From a virus (Duplodnaviria; Caudoviricetes): a DNA stretch of 64,000 bases. Below, piece by piece: positions 40,025 to 49,714 of the stretch (its first letter is position 1; the number at the start of each line of letters is the position of its first letter). The notes below the pieces were generated by a model. The model made no database searches. It worked only from the letters and a program-made list of their open reading frames with translations, and was not told the origin of the DNA. The stretch lies in the IMG/VR virus record IMGVR_UViG_3300028903_000004, positions 59,437 through 123,436 of that record. The stretch is one strand, 5' to 3'. The translations under genes were made by a program, and so were the position numbers.

Positions 40025-41251
40025 CTATTTTTTGACAATTTTTTTATACCATTCTGCCCTTTGTTTAGTAACAATATCCATAGAATATCTATCTTTAACA
40101 GTTTCATATAAATTATTTGCTATTTGAGAAATCAATTCTGGATTTTCAATAAGTCGTTTTATACTTCTATACCATTCCTTATGATTTTTAACAGAAGGAA
40201 TCAATATTGCATTCCCATTAGGATTAATTTCGCCACCCTTTTCAAAAACATTAACGCAATCAATTTGATATGGTCCAAAATCTTGTGCAATTAATGCTTT
40301 TTTATGAAATCCAGCTTCAATTACTTTTAATTGACTTTTAACTTTATTAAAAATGTTTTCTTCGAGAGGAGCTAGAGAAATATCAAAAAGATTGTAATTT
40401 GTAGCATATGAAGTAATTGGTTTAGTCCAAACTCTTCTATATGGTTCATTTTCTACATTTGGATATTCTTCTTTCCTAAATTTCAATAGAAAATTTTTAT
40501 ATTCTGGACTGATAGTTGTAAAATTTTCGGTAAAAATCTGTTCGTATTTGAACCATACACTTTCAGTTGGAGTAATTTTGCGTTGTTCTTCTTTTCCAGT
40601 TTTTTCATCAATAAATGTAATAGTTCCGCGTAAATCATATCCACACAAAACAAATTGAACCTTATCTAATAAACCATCAGTTTTTAATTTTCCAACAACA
40701 CCTTTAAGAATTTCTAAATCTCTTAAATGTGATGACCCGCCAAGCCAGCCAATCCTTATTCTATTGCTAGGTTCTGGGTTAGGAATATATTGTTTTTCTG
40801 TTAAATCAATTGCATTTGGGAAGACAACAACATTTTTATTAAAATTTAACATTTCTTTTTGGAATATTGGAGTCGTTGTTGTAACATAATCCGCATATTT
40901 CATATTGCGGACTATTTTTTCAGGTAGATTATTTTTTTTAATTATAAGATATGCTGGGTGATGTTGACCAGGTGACCAATAATCATCCAAATCCATAACA
41001 CCAACAATATTTAACTTTCTTAATCTATTCATGGTGTCCTCAATTTTCTCATAAGGTCCAAATGTTCTATGGAAATGAATAATATCGTATTGAGATAACC
41101 AATTTTCATCTTCAATTTTTGGATTATATTCAATATCAATTTTGAATTCTTCTGGGAATGTTTTTTCCAAATAAATGTGTGGATTTGTACTCCTATAATA
41201 TGACACACCAGTTCGGTCACTAGGAACAACTAAAATTCTAATTTTTTTCAT
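40025..41251 (-). CDS. Glycosyltransferase (GT-B/GT4-like)
   Basis: GVSYYR, MDLDDYW, IGWLGGSSH, DISLAPL..N.FN..KSQLKVIEAG. Confidence 0.82.
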   Translation of the reverse strand: MKKIRILVVPSDRTGVSYYRSTNPHIYLEKTFPEEFKIDIEYNPKIEDENWLSQYDIIHFHRTFGPYEKIEDTMNRLRKLNIVGVMDLDDYWSPGQHHPAYLIIKKNNLPEKIVRNMKYADYVTTTTPIFQKEMLNFNKNVVVFPNAIDLTEKQYIPNPEPSNRIRIGWLGGSSHLRDLEILKGVVGKLKTDGLLDKVQFVLCGYDLRGTITFIDEKTGKEEQRKITPTESVWFKYEQIFTENFTTISPEYKNFLLKFRKEEYPNVENEPYRRVWTKPITSYATNYNLFDISLAPLEENIFNKVKSQLKVIEAGFHKKALIAQDFGPYQIDCVNVFEKGGEINPNGNAILIPSVKNHKEWYRSIKRLIENPELISQIANNLYETVKDRYSMDIVTKQRAEWYKKIVKK

Positions 41252-41321
41252 TGAAACACGTTTAATATATTTTATATTATAATCTAATTGTAATTATAAT
41301 CTATTATCATTAAATGTAAAT

Positions 41322-41352
41322 AAAAAAGCCAGCTAAAAGCTGGCATTTTTTT
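41322..41352 (-). terminator. Rho-independent terminator
   Basis: AAAAAAGCCAGCT-loop-AGCTGGC. Confidence 0.8.
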
Positions 41353-41358
41353 ATAATT

Positions 41359-41913
41359 TTATTTTGATTTTTTTAATCTCCCTTCTTTTATTAAAGTTTC
41401 AATCACCTTCTTTTTAGTGTCTTCGGCTAAAGTTTTTATAAAAAATTTGCTTAAAAATTTAATCATTTCATCATTTACAATTTCTCTAACTTGACTTTCT
41501 GTAAGCCCGATTATTTTTTCTTGCTGTCTAGATTCCGTTAATGTATTTTTTTTAACCTGAGATTTTGGTAAAGGAACTTTTTTTTCATCTTTTTCAAAAT
41601 CCATTACATCTTCTAATGAAAAAGCATAACTCGGAAAATCACCTGCATGGATTGGATTTTTTATCATTGATTCTTTAATTGCGCTTGGTAATTTAGAATT
41701 TTCCAAGTTTTTATAAAATTGTGTAGGGTCATTTGCAATAGGTTTTGTAATATGTCGTTCAGAAATAAGTTCTGAAACGGTTTCTTCGGTTATTGCTCTT
41801 GGGTCAATATTACCACTTTTATAATCCCCAGATTCAACTTTTTCCATTATGGCTTTTGCACTACCTAATATGTTTTTTAATTGGTTAGTATCAATTAGTT
41901 TTGGTGTTTCCAT
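41359..41913 (-). CDS. Hypothetical protein
   Basis: 184-aa ORF, several ITE/LTE motifs. Confidence 0.6.
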   Translation of the reverse strand: METPKLIDTNQLKNILGSAKAIMEKVESGDYKSGNIDPRAITEETVSELISERHITKPIANDPTQFYKNLENSKLPSAIKESMIKNPIHAGDFPSYAFSLEDVMDFEKDEKKVPLPKSQVKKNTLTESRQQEKIIGLTESQVREIVNDEMIKFLSKFFIKTLAEDTKKKVIETLIKEGRLKKSK

Positions 41914-41914
41914 A

Positions 41915-42328
41915 TTATTCTACTTTTCTTATGTGTTTCACATTTTTCATGGAACCATCACCATATTGATTAAATGGTGGTATATCAGGACTGTATTTAT
42001 CAATTGATTTTTTACTAAGTCTAAATCCTGTTGGTTCCATTCTTGTTATTCTATCTATTCTTAAAAGTTTCCATTTTCCGTTTTGAGTTGTTGTAAACCC
42101 AAAAGGTTGAAAAACCCTTACAACATCATTATCCTTAAGAGATGTACCAAAAGCGTAAAAATCAACTAACCTCATACTAGGAGTAGTTTCTTTTTCACCT
42201 TGATACCAAACCTTATATCTAAGATTCGAATCAATCGCTTTTTGTATATCTTGAATAGTTATACCTTCGGATAACAATTTTGTTTCCTCTAATATAATTG
42301 ATTCAAATATATTGTAAAGGCTAATCAT
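41915..42328 (-). CDS. Standalone WYL-domain-like protein
   Basis: IQKAID...KVWY...RLVDFYAFG...VRVFQ...WKLLRIDRI. Confidence 0.6.
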   Translation of the reverse strand: MISLYNIFESIILEETKLLSEGITIQDIQKAIDSNLRYKVWYQGEKETTPSMRLVDFYAFGTSLKDNDVVRVFQPFGFTTTQNGKWKLLRIDRITRMEPTGFRLSKKSIDKYSPDIPPFNQYGDGSMKNVKHIRKVE

Positions 42329-42336
42329 ATTTTTTT

Positions 42337-42681
42337 TTAACTAATAACTACTTGACCAACATTTAATGATGTATCTGGTGCTTGATATGTTGAATCTGGT
42401 GTATACCCCCAAGTTGAAGCATTATTAGCAAAAGCAGCAAGTCTACCACTACCAGCTTCAGCTGGATTACCAGCAATATCAGTTTGTGTACCAGCATTAT
42501 AATTACTTGTATCTAAATAATTATTAGTACCACGCCCAGCTTCTGGGGTTATTGTATCAGATAATGCCCTTGTATGAGTGGCTGTGTAATTATTAGCAGC
42601 AGCCGTATCATTATATGTATTAATCGGAATTAATACATTACGTTGCTGTATAGCAACTTGTTCTAGTTTACTTTGTCCCAT
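42337..42681 (-). CDS. Hypothetical protein, probable virion component
   Basis: 114 aa, Ala/Thr/Asn-rich, late operon. Confidence 0.6.
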   Translation of the reverse strand: MGQSKLEQVAIQQRNVLIPINTYNDTAAANNYTATHTRALSDTITPEAGRGTNNYLDTSNYNAGTQTDIAGNPAEAGSGRLAAFANNASTWGYTPDSTYQAPDTSLNVGQVVIS

Positions 42682-42682
42682 T

Positions 42683-43120
42683 TTATTTAATTATTTTTTT
42701 ATCTTTATTCATATATTCAATTAAATATCTTATAGCTTTTAATTCATCTTCTATTGATTCATAAACAGTTTTATTAGCCATAATATATTTATGCTTTGAA
42801 CCTTTAATTACATTTGGTAATTTTATTTCGGTTGGATTTGAATTATCTCTATCCTTTGTGTGTGGTTTTTTAAATTGATTTTCTTCGCCAGCATCCATCC
42901 TACTTTTTTTAGGATAATAAACTGATTTAGATAAATTTTCCAATGTTTTATTTAACCATTCATGCATTTTTTTACCGCCATAATTCACATATTTTTCATC
43001 AGTGCCATCTCCTTCATAGTTATCGAAAAAACTTTTTATTTTTTTCATGTTTTCATAACTAAGTTTTTTATCCAAGATAGGACAATAATGATATGTTTTT
43101 TGTAAATCTTTGTTTGGCAT
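42683..43120 (-). CDS. Hypothetical protein
   Basis: 145-aa ORF. Confidence 0.6.
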   Translation of the reverse strand: MPNKDLQKTYHYCPILDKKLSYENMKKIKSFFDNYEGDGTDEKYVNYGGKKMHEWLNKTLENLSKSVYYPKKSRMDAGEENQFKKPHTKDRDNSNPTEIKLPNVIKGSKHKYIMANKTVYESIEDELKAIRYLIEYMNKDKKIIK

Positions 43121-43677
43121 TATAATTTAGATTTTAAAATAACTTTATAATTTTGTTCAATATCTTTTGTTCCAATGTTTTCAATTATATAATTTAAAAT
43201 AATAGCTTTTTCTTCACCACTTAAACTTTCTCTTTTAACACCATTAATTAATGTTTCAATTGCCGATGAAATATTTTTTTTATTAAATTTCGATGATAAT
43301 TCATCTAAATCTGGAATTTTATTTTTATTTATATCAGAAATATCTTGTTTTGGAATTATTTCCTTATTAGATAATTTTTTAGAAATAATATCTTCAACCA
43401 TTTTTTCCATTTTTAATTGAGCTTCATCAATATTTTCATCTTCTTCTTGCATTATAGGATACCTATCCCCATGACTATAAGGCGTTCCCGTATAACCATA
43501 TGGATATCTAAATTTTTGACGAGCAGTTTGAACAAACTTATCTGTTGTTTGAGCTGGAGCTGTTTTTATTTGTGATGTGGTTTCATGTGATTTATCACCA
43601 TCAATAATGCTGCCATCACTATCAATTAATTCATCAACATTTATTTTCTTTATGTCTTTTTTTTTAAATGTTCTCAT
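43120..43677 (-). CDS. Hypothetical protein
   Basis: 185-aa ORF; late promoter at 43694-43701. Confidence 0.6.
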   Translation of the reverse strand: MRTFKKKDIKKINVDELIDSDGSIIDGDKSHETTSQIKTAPAQTTDKFVQTARQKFRYPYGYTGTPYSHGDRYPIMQEEDENIDEAQLKMEKMVEDIISKKLSNKEIIPKQDISDINKNKIPDLDELSSKFNKKNISSAIETLINGVKRESLSGEEKAIILNYIIENIGTKDIEQNYKVILKSKL

Positions 43678-43737
43678 ATATAACCATTTCTTTATAAATA
43701 TATTCTAATTTCATAATATTTATAGAAAAACATAATT

Positions 43738-45645
43738 ATGAATGGATTTATTACAAAAGTCGATATTTCTGATAATAGGCAAGTTAAGCAATATGAAAGA
43801 ACTGAGACCCAACTATCAGGTTCAACTAAATTCGGCTTACCTTTTAGTGCACTAACTAACGGTCCTGATACTACTAATGAACATGAATATACTATTTATG
43901 AAGTTACTTCTGTTTTTTCAGGTAATACAGGTACAACTAATTTTACTTTCGGTGCAGTTTGGATGGAATTAGCTGAACCTTATATCTCTGCTATAACAAA
44001 TTTAAATAGTGGTGTTACTCAAAATCTAGGTCCTATTTATGTTGGATTTGATTCAACAGTTATTGATGGAAATACTGTTTATTTAAATTATACTGGAATT
44101 TCATATCCATTACAAGTTACGGCAATAACTGAAACTGCACCTGGTGTATTTACTGGTCGTTGTAGGTCTGAATATGTAACTTATTATACAGCAGGAAGTT
44201 TAGATTATACAGGTAGAACTATATGGGTTGATGTAAGCGGAATTACCAGAACTGAAAGACTTATTGTAACTAACAACCCACAAGTTGGATATGTTTTGAC
44301 TTGTGCCGATGCTGAAGGTATGGCGGATTGGAGTCCTATTTCTGCTGTTACTTCAGGGACAACATTTTGGAGTGGTGGTTCTGGAACATATGCTGTGGTT
44401 TTAAAATATAGTAATAGTAGTTCATCTGGAAAATTAAGTGTTAGCGAAGGTTCTGGGAATACAGCTTCTGGGGCGTATTCACATGCTGAAGGTGGTATAA
44501 ATCTTGCAACAGGCTTAGCATCACACGTAGAAGGAGGTTATAATAGTGCTATTGGTGATGTTTCGCATGTAGAGGGTTTGTATAATTCAGGCATGGGTAG
44601 TGGGGTACATGTAGAAGGTAGTACAAATAAAGGAATTGGAAATTATTCACACGCCGAAGGATATAAAACAACTTCTTATGCAAATTTTAGTCATAGCGAG
44701 GGTGATACCACAATAGCATCAGGTCTATCATCACACGCCGAAGGATATAAAACAACTTCTTATGGAAATTATAGCCATAGTGAGGGTAATTCCACAATAG
44801 CATCAGGTCTATCATCACACGCCGAAGGTGTTTCTACTAAAGCGATTGGTATTAATTCACATGCAGAAGGTAGTTCTACTACAGCAATTGGTAATAATTC
44901 ACATGCTGAAGGATACGAAACATTAGCTAATGGAACTTATTCACATGCTGAAGGATATCAAACAGTCGGTAATGGATTTGGTTCTCATATAGGTGGTTAT
45001 AGTGATGATAAAGGTGGATTAATTGCTGAAGGGGTAGCATCATTTATTCATTCATATTCAATTAAAGGTAATATATCTAAAGCATCTGGTAATTATAGTG
45101 CTATTTTAGGTGGACAAAATAATAATATTCAAAGTGGAGCAGCATCTTCAGCAATTATTGGGGGATATAATAATTTAATTATTGATACCGCACAAAGGTC
45201 AGTAATATTAGGTGGAAATTCAATAACAGCAGATACTAGTGATACTATTTTCGGCCAAAATATGACATTGTTTGGTGATTTACATGTTTGTGGTAGTACT
45301 TCAGTATTTGCAACCGAGGTTATTTTAGCTGAAGATAATAACATAATATTAAATTATAATGGAAGTCATGCATCCGCTATTGGGGGTGGATTTATAATTG
45401 AAAAAGGTAAACTAGATAATAGTAATATTATAATCAGTTCAACAACCACTGGCGATGTATCATTTAATACTGGAATAATTATTAATGGGGATAATGGATT
45501 TAGTCAACTAAGATTAATGCAAAACTATACACCAACTGATAGTAAAGATGATAATGGAGATGTTGGTTGTATTGCATGGGATGATAATTATTTATACATA
45601 AAGGTAAATACAGGATGGAAGCGAACAGCTTTAATTGAATGGTAG
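43738..45645 (+). CDS. Fibre/adhesin-like virion protein with 14-aa SHAEG (YadA-head-like) repeats
   Basis: About a dozen SH[AVS]EG units; C-terminal G..G.I.WD..YLYIK...W.R module. Confidence 0.75.
   Translation: MNGFITKVDISDNRQVKQYERTETQLSGSTKFGLPFSALTNGPDTTNEHEYTIYEVTSVFSGNTGTTNFTFGAVWMELAEPYISAITNLNSGVTQNLGPIYVGFDSTVIDGNTVYLNYTGISYPLQVTAITETAPGVFTGRCRSEYVTYYTAGSLDYTGRTIWVDVSGITRTERLIVTNNPQVGYVLTCADAEGMADWSPISAVTSGTTFWSGGSGTYAVVLKYSNSSSSGKLSVSEGSGNTASGAYSHAEGGINLATGLASHVEGGYNSAIGDVSHVEGLYNSGMGSGVHVEGSTNKGIGNYSHAEGYKTTSYANFSHSEGDTTIASGLSSHAEGYKTTSYGNYSHSEGNSTIASGLSSHAEGVSTKAIGINSHAEGSSTTAIGNNSHAEGYETLANGTYSHAEGYQTVGNGFGSHIGGYSDDKGGLIAEGVASFIHSYSIKGNISKASGNYSAILGGQNNNIQSGAASSAIIGGYNNLIIDTAQRSVILGGNSITADTSDTIFGQNMTLFGDLHVCGSTSVFATEVILAEDNNIILNYNGSHASAIGGGFIIEKGKLDNSNIIISSTTTGDVSFNTGIIINGDNGFSQLRLMQNYTPTDSKDDNGDVGCIAWDDNYLYIKVNTGWKRTALIEW
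44647..44828 (+). repeat. 84-bp tandem duplication within SHAEG repeats
   Basis: TCACACGCCGAAGG recurs at 44647, 44731 and 44815. Confidence 0.8.
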
Positions 45646-45665
45646 CAGTTTAAAATTAATTATTT

Positions 45666-47393
45666 ATGGGAGGACCAGGAAATATACGGAATTATTTTTT
45701 TAATAAAATAGACGCTAAACTTAGCAATAGCGAATTTTATGATTTTTATTTAGCTAGTGATGAATTTTCAGTCAAAATATTAGATGGAATAATATCTGGA
45801 GATAGTTTAATAGCCGAATTTGATTTTAGTAATCCAAATATTGCTCCATCAGGAATTACTTCAACTAGCACAATTTATAGTTTATCTACTTGGAATAAAG
45901 CTGTAAATACTGGTTTAACACTAAACAATATCGGGTTAACTGGTTTAGATAATGGATTAATTAAATATGAAAAAGACCCAGTTGATATTGCAAATACTGG
46001 ATTAACAAGTATTTTAACTGGTATTACAATGGAAATATTATCTGGTGAAACATCACTTATTTTACATCCTGTTAGTGGCTATACTGGACAATTTATTTAT
46101 CCTATCAATATTTTAAGTTCATCAACACTTGGTCATTATGCCCAATTATGTGGTGGATTTTATCAAGGATTTTATAAAATTGATGATAATAGTTATCAAA
46201 CATTACCAAATCGATTTGCTAAAGGTTGGACTGTTGAATTTTGGTTAAATAAAAACAATAATTGTTCTGGTTATACAGGTACAGTTTTAAATGATGTTTA
46301 TACTGGTAATACAGGATTTTTCTTTTATTTAGGTACTAGAGCAGAAAATAAATTTTGGAGTGTTTTTGAAGGATTGAATTCGGGTTCTACTTCTGCTTGT
46401 ACTTCTGGTTGTACTTATTGGTGTACTATTCCAAAAGAATATGAAATTAGAACAACATCTGGTTATCCATTAGACCCACCACCATTAACGATTTTTGATA
46501 TTACGAATAAATTTTTGATTTATAGTCGAGCACAAAACTCAAATAATAATTGTAATTGTGGCTGTGGAAATTCAGGTTTACGACAAAGTGACCCGTATAT
46601 TCAAAGGAAAGGTTATACTATTTGTAATTTTACTGGTGATAGTATTACCTTAACAGCAACCACAATGGAATTAGTTGATAAAAGAAATAAATTTACTATT
46701 TTTAGTCGAGCTACTGCTGGAAAAAATTGCACTTGTAATGGAAATTATCATTCTGGTGGTACAACCACTTGTAAATATAGTGGTGATTCGAGACCATTAA
46801 TGGAATTAGATTGGAAAGCTGATTTAGAAAATAATGCTTTTGGTTTAAGAATTAAAGAAGATGGTAGTATTGGATATAGAGCATTAAGGTTTAGTTGTAT
46901 AACTGCTACTACATCTGGCATAACAACAGTAAAAAGCGGAATAACAGTTGAGGAATCGTATAGTGCTAGCGGAATGGTTCAAAATGATAGATGGACCCAT
47001 GTGGCAGTAAAATGGGTTGCGGATACAAGACTTAATGATTGTGAATTATTATGGAAAGCACCGCGAAATGGAAAATTGATGTTTTATATTAATGGTCGTC
47101 TGAAATATGTTGTTAGAAATTGTAAAGAGATTATACCCAAAAGATTAAATGAATATAATGAAAAACAAGAAGGAGTGCCTTTTAATATAAGTATTGGTGG
47201 TGGAACTCAAGGATTGCTTGAATCAATGACATTTGATGGTCAAGATATGAAAGATTTGGGGTTATTGTTAGAAACATATTTTGCAGGGACTTTTATAGGT
47301 GGAATAAATAAATTCAGATTTTATGATGAACCATTGAGTTGGTGTGAAATTAAAAATAATTTTGAATTTGAATCTGAATACTTTGGAATCTAA
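45666..47393 (+). CDS. Virion protein with LamG/concanavalin-like elements and Cys-rich inserts
   Basis: WTVEFW, WTHVAV, FYINGRL, IGG, FIGGINKFRFYDEPL. Confidence 0.65.
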   Translation: MGGPGNIRNYFFNKIDAKLSNSEFYDFYLASDEFSVKILDGIISGDSLIAEFDFSNPNIAPSGITSTSTIYSLSTWNKAVNTGLTLNNIGLTGLDNGLIKYEKDPVDIANTGLTSILTGITMEILSGETSLILHPVSGYTGQFIYPINILSSSTLGHYAQLCGGFYQGFYKIDDNSYQTLPNRFAKGWTVEFWLNKNNNCSGYTGTVLNDVYTGNTGFFFYLGTRAENKFWSVFEGLNSGSTSACTSGCTYWCTIPKEYEIRTTSGYPLDPPPLTIFDITNKFLIYSRAQNSNNNCNCGCGNSGLRQSDPYIQRKGYTICNFTGDSITLTATTMELVDKRNKFTIFSRATAGKNCTCNGNYHSGGTTTCKYSGDSRPLMELDWKADLENNAFGLRIKEDGSIGYRALRFSCITATTSGITTVKSGITVEESYSASGMVQNDRWTHVAVKWVADTRLNDCELLWKAPRNGKLMFYINGRLKYVVRNCKEIIPKRLNEYNEKQEGVPFNISIGGGTQGLLESMTFDGQDMKDLGLLLETYFAGTFIGGINKFRFYDEPLSWCEIKNNFEFESEYFGI

Positions 47394-47414
47394 TATTTAT
47401 TAATAAATAATAGT

Positions 47415-48875
47415 ATGGCAAATGATAAATTAATTTTAAGGACATTATCAAGTCCATTTACATACCCTAATCCAGATAATACTAAAAATAGTGTATTAAG
47501 TTGGGAAGATGTTGACAATAACTTCATTTTCTTGAAAGGTAGGTCAATTTCTGGTTTAACATATGCAAATGATACCATAACTATTAAATTAACCGATGGA
47601 ACTACTTATCCAGCTGTAATTACTGGAATTAGTAGTGATACATTTGTTACTGGAGGTACTGTAATTGCAGATACTTTAATGTTGTATCGTAATGATAATG
47701 TTGTAATAACTATTGATTTAAATAGTGATGATTTATATTGGACTTCTGGTTCATCTGGTAATTATTCCATTAAGGCTAAGAATGATAGTGGATTAGATGC
47801 TATTGCAAATTATTCTATCGCACAAGGATATGGAACATTAGCTAATGGAATGGCTTCACATGCCGAAGGTTCTGCCACAACTGTTAATGGAAATGCTTCT
47901 CATGGCGAAGGTTATAATACAACAACTGTAGGTGATTTCTCACATTCTGAAGGCGAAATAACATTATCTTATGGTAAGTCATCTCATAGTGAAGGCTATA
48001 AAACAACAGCTCAAGGTGATTATTCACATACTGAAGGTACTTATACAATAGCAAATGGTAGTTATTCACATACTGAAGGTAGTTATACAACAGCTCAAGG
48101 AAATTATTCACATGCTGAAGGTTATACTACAACATCTGTAGGTACTAATTCACATGCTGAAGGTGAACAAACAATAACATTTGGTGTTTCATCTCATGCT
48201 GAAGGCTATAAAACAACAGCTCAAGGTGATTATTCACATGCTGAAGGTTATAGAACAACAGCATCAGGTAGTTCATCTCATGCTGAAGGTAGTTATACAA
48301 CGGCTAAAGGAAATTATTCACATGCTGAAGGTTATACTACAACATCTGTAGGTACTAATTCACATGCTGAAGGTTATAATTCAAGAACGATTGGTGATTA
48401 TTCACATAGCGAAAATTTTAATACATCTGCTATTGGTAATCATTCCCATGCTGAAGGTATTACAACTACAGCACAAGGACTTGCTTCACACAGTGAAGGT
48501 ATGTTTACCACTGCAATAGGTCAATATTCACATGCCGAAGGTTATATGTCAATAGCATCTGGTGATACTTCACATGTAATTGGTAGGAATAATTTTGCAG
48601 GTGGAAATTATTCTTTTGTTGGTGGTTATTATAATTATTTAACAAGTGAAGCTAATAATAGTGCGATTCTCGGTGGTTCACAAATTACTGGGTCATCACC
48701 AAATACCATGTATGTTGGTTATATTAATCTAACTACTCCTGGTGGAGTTCCATCAAATAGCGGTGATACTTCAGGAGAAATCGGTGCTATTAGGTGGGAT
48801 GGAGACTATTTATATATAAAAACAAATAAAAATGGGGGTGCGTGGGGTAGAATAATGTTAAATTATAATTTTTAA
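47415..48875 (+). CDS. Second fibre/adhesin-like protein with SHAEG repeats
   Basis: About 17 SHxEG-type units; LSWEDVDNNF N-terminal motif; same C-terminal module as 43738. Confidence 0.78.
   Translation: MANDKLILRTLSSPFTYPNPDNTKNSVLSWEDVDNNFIFLKGRSISGLTYANDTITIKLTDGTTYPAVITGISSDTFVTGGTVIADTLMLYRNDNVVITIDLNSDDLYWTSGSSGNYSIKAKNDSGLDAIANYSIAQGYGTLANGMASHAEGSATTVNGNASHGEGYNTTTVGDFSHSEGEITLSYGKSSHSEGYKTTAQGDYSHTEGTYTIANGSYSHTEGSYTTAQGNYSHAEGYTTTSVGTNSHAEGEQTITFGVSSHAEGYKTTAQGDYSHAEGYRTTASGSSSHAEGSYTTAKGNYSHAEGYTTTSVGTNSHAEGYNSRTIGDYSHSENFNTSAIGNHSHAEGITTTAQGLASHSEGMFTTAIGQYSHAEGYMSIASGDTSHVIGRNNFAGGNYSFVGGYYNYLTSEANNSAILGGSQITGSSPNTMYVGYINLTTPGGVPSNSGDTSGEIGAIRWDGDYLYIKTNKNGGAWGRIMLNYNF
47981..48374 (+). 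repeat. 210-bp (5 x 42 bp) internal duplication
   Basis: 47981-48164 is nearly identical to 48191-48374. Confidence 0.8.
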
Positions 48876-48901
48876 TGAATAATAATAAATAAAAAAGAAT
48901 T

Positions 48902-49183
48902 ATGGCACTAAAAAACACAAATGGAAATTATTTACGAATTAGTAGTTTATTTATTGATGTTGTAAATCCTAATATCTTAATAGCACGTATGGAATTATGG
49001 GCTAATCAAGAAATTAGATTTAACCCTTCAAATTTTGATAAACCTCAAGTTTTACAAAAACAAATTGATTCAATTATAATGTTTGAAGCAGGATTAGATT
49101 ATACCTCAATAAGAGATAGTATTATCACTAAAGCTTATTTATATTTGAAAGAAAACGGTTATTCAGATTGGGAAGATTGCTAA
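48902..49183 (+). CDS. Small fibre-associated hypothetical protein
   Basis: 93-aa ORF after fibre gene, ends AYLYLK...WEDC. Confidence 0.55.
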   Translation: MALKNTNGNYLRISSLFIDVVNPNILIARMELWANQEIRFNPSNFDKPQVLQKQIDSIIMFEAGLDYTSIRDSIITKAYLYLKENGYSDWEDC

Positions 49184-49210
49184 TTTTTGGATATTTATAA
49201 ATAAAAAGAT

Positions 49211-49582
49211 ATGAACTTTTTTATTAATAAAAATGCAACATTACCATTGTTAAAAATGGAACTGATTCAGGATGGGCGATATGATTTTAGAAACTTTCAT
49301 GAGCTAATCCAAAATTCAGATATATTTTTTTCAATGACTGATATTGATACTGGTTATAAGAAAATTTGTAGGGAACCTGCTGGCTGCGCGCTAAAACCTA
49401 ATTCTTGCAATGAAGAAGAGGAATATTATATTACATATCAATTCACAGAAAGGGATACAAATAGACCTGGTTCATATCGCGGATTATTTGAAATAGTATT
49501 TCTTGATGGTTCAGGAACTTTAATAGTTCCAATTCGAGAAGAGTTAATAATTCATATTTTAGATGGCTCAATTAAGGTGTAA
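49211..49582 (+). CDS. BppU-like/Ig-like structural protein
   Basis: FFINKNATLP...YQFTERDT..PG.Y.G.F; late promoter at 49191. Confidence 0.5.
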   Translation: MNFFINKNATLPLLKMELIQDGRYDFRNFHELIQNSDIFFSMTDIDTGYKKICREPAGCALKPNSCNEEEEYYITYQFTERDTNRPGSYRGLFEIVFLDGSGTLIVPIREELIIHILDGSIKV

Positions 49583-49603
49583 CTTTTTACACCTTTTTTT
49601 TTT
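49574..49603 (+). terminator. Rho-independent terminator
   Basis: AAGGTGTAA-loop-TTACACCTT plus T-run. Confidence 0.85.
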
Positions 49604-49632
49604 GACTTTTTTACTTTAATATTGTATATTTG
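49601..49632 (+). promoter_or_regulatory. Bacteroidetes-type promoter TTTG-N20-TATATTTG for DNA polymerase
   Basis: TTTG 49601-49604, TATATTTG 49625-49632. Confidence 0.7.
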
Positions 49633-49714
49633 TAAGATTAGTAATCTACATCCATATTAACTAATATTTGGATTTTTAGATTATATCGAATAATAAAATA
49701 TTAAAGTATTAAAA

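Noticed and set aside
44460-48560. 42-bp periodic repeats as a possible CRISPR array or DGR template/variable repeats
   Set aside because: They are in-frame SHAEG protein repeats with codon-level variation; there is no repeat-spacer structure, adenine-specific divergence, cas gene or reverse transcriptase in the window.
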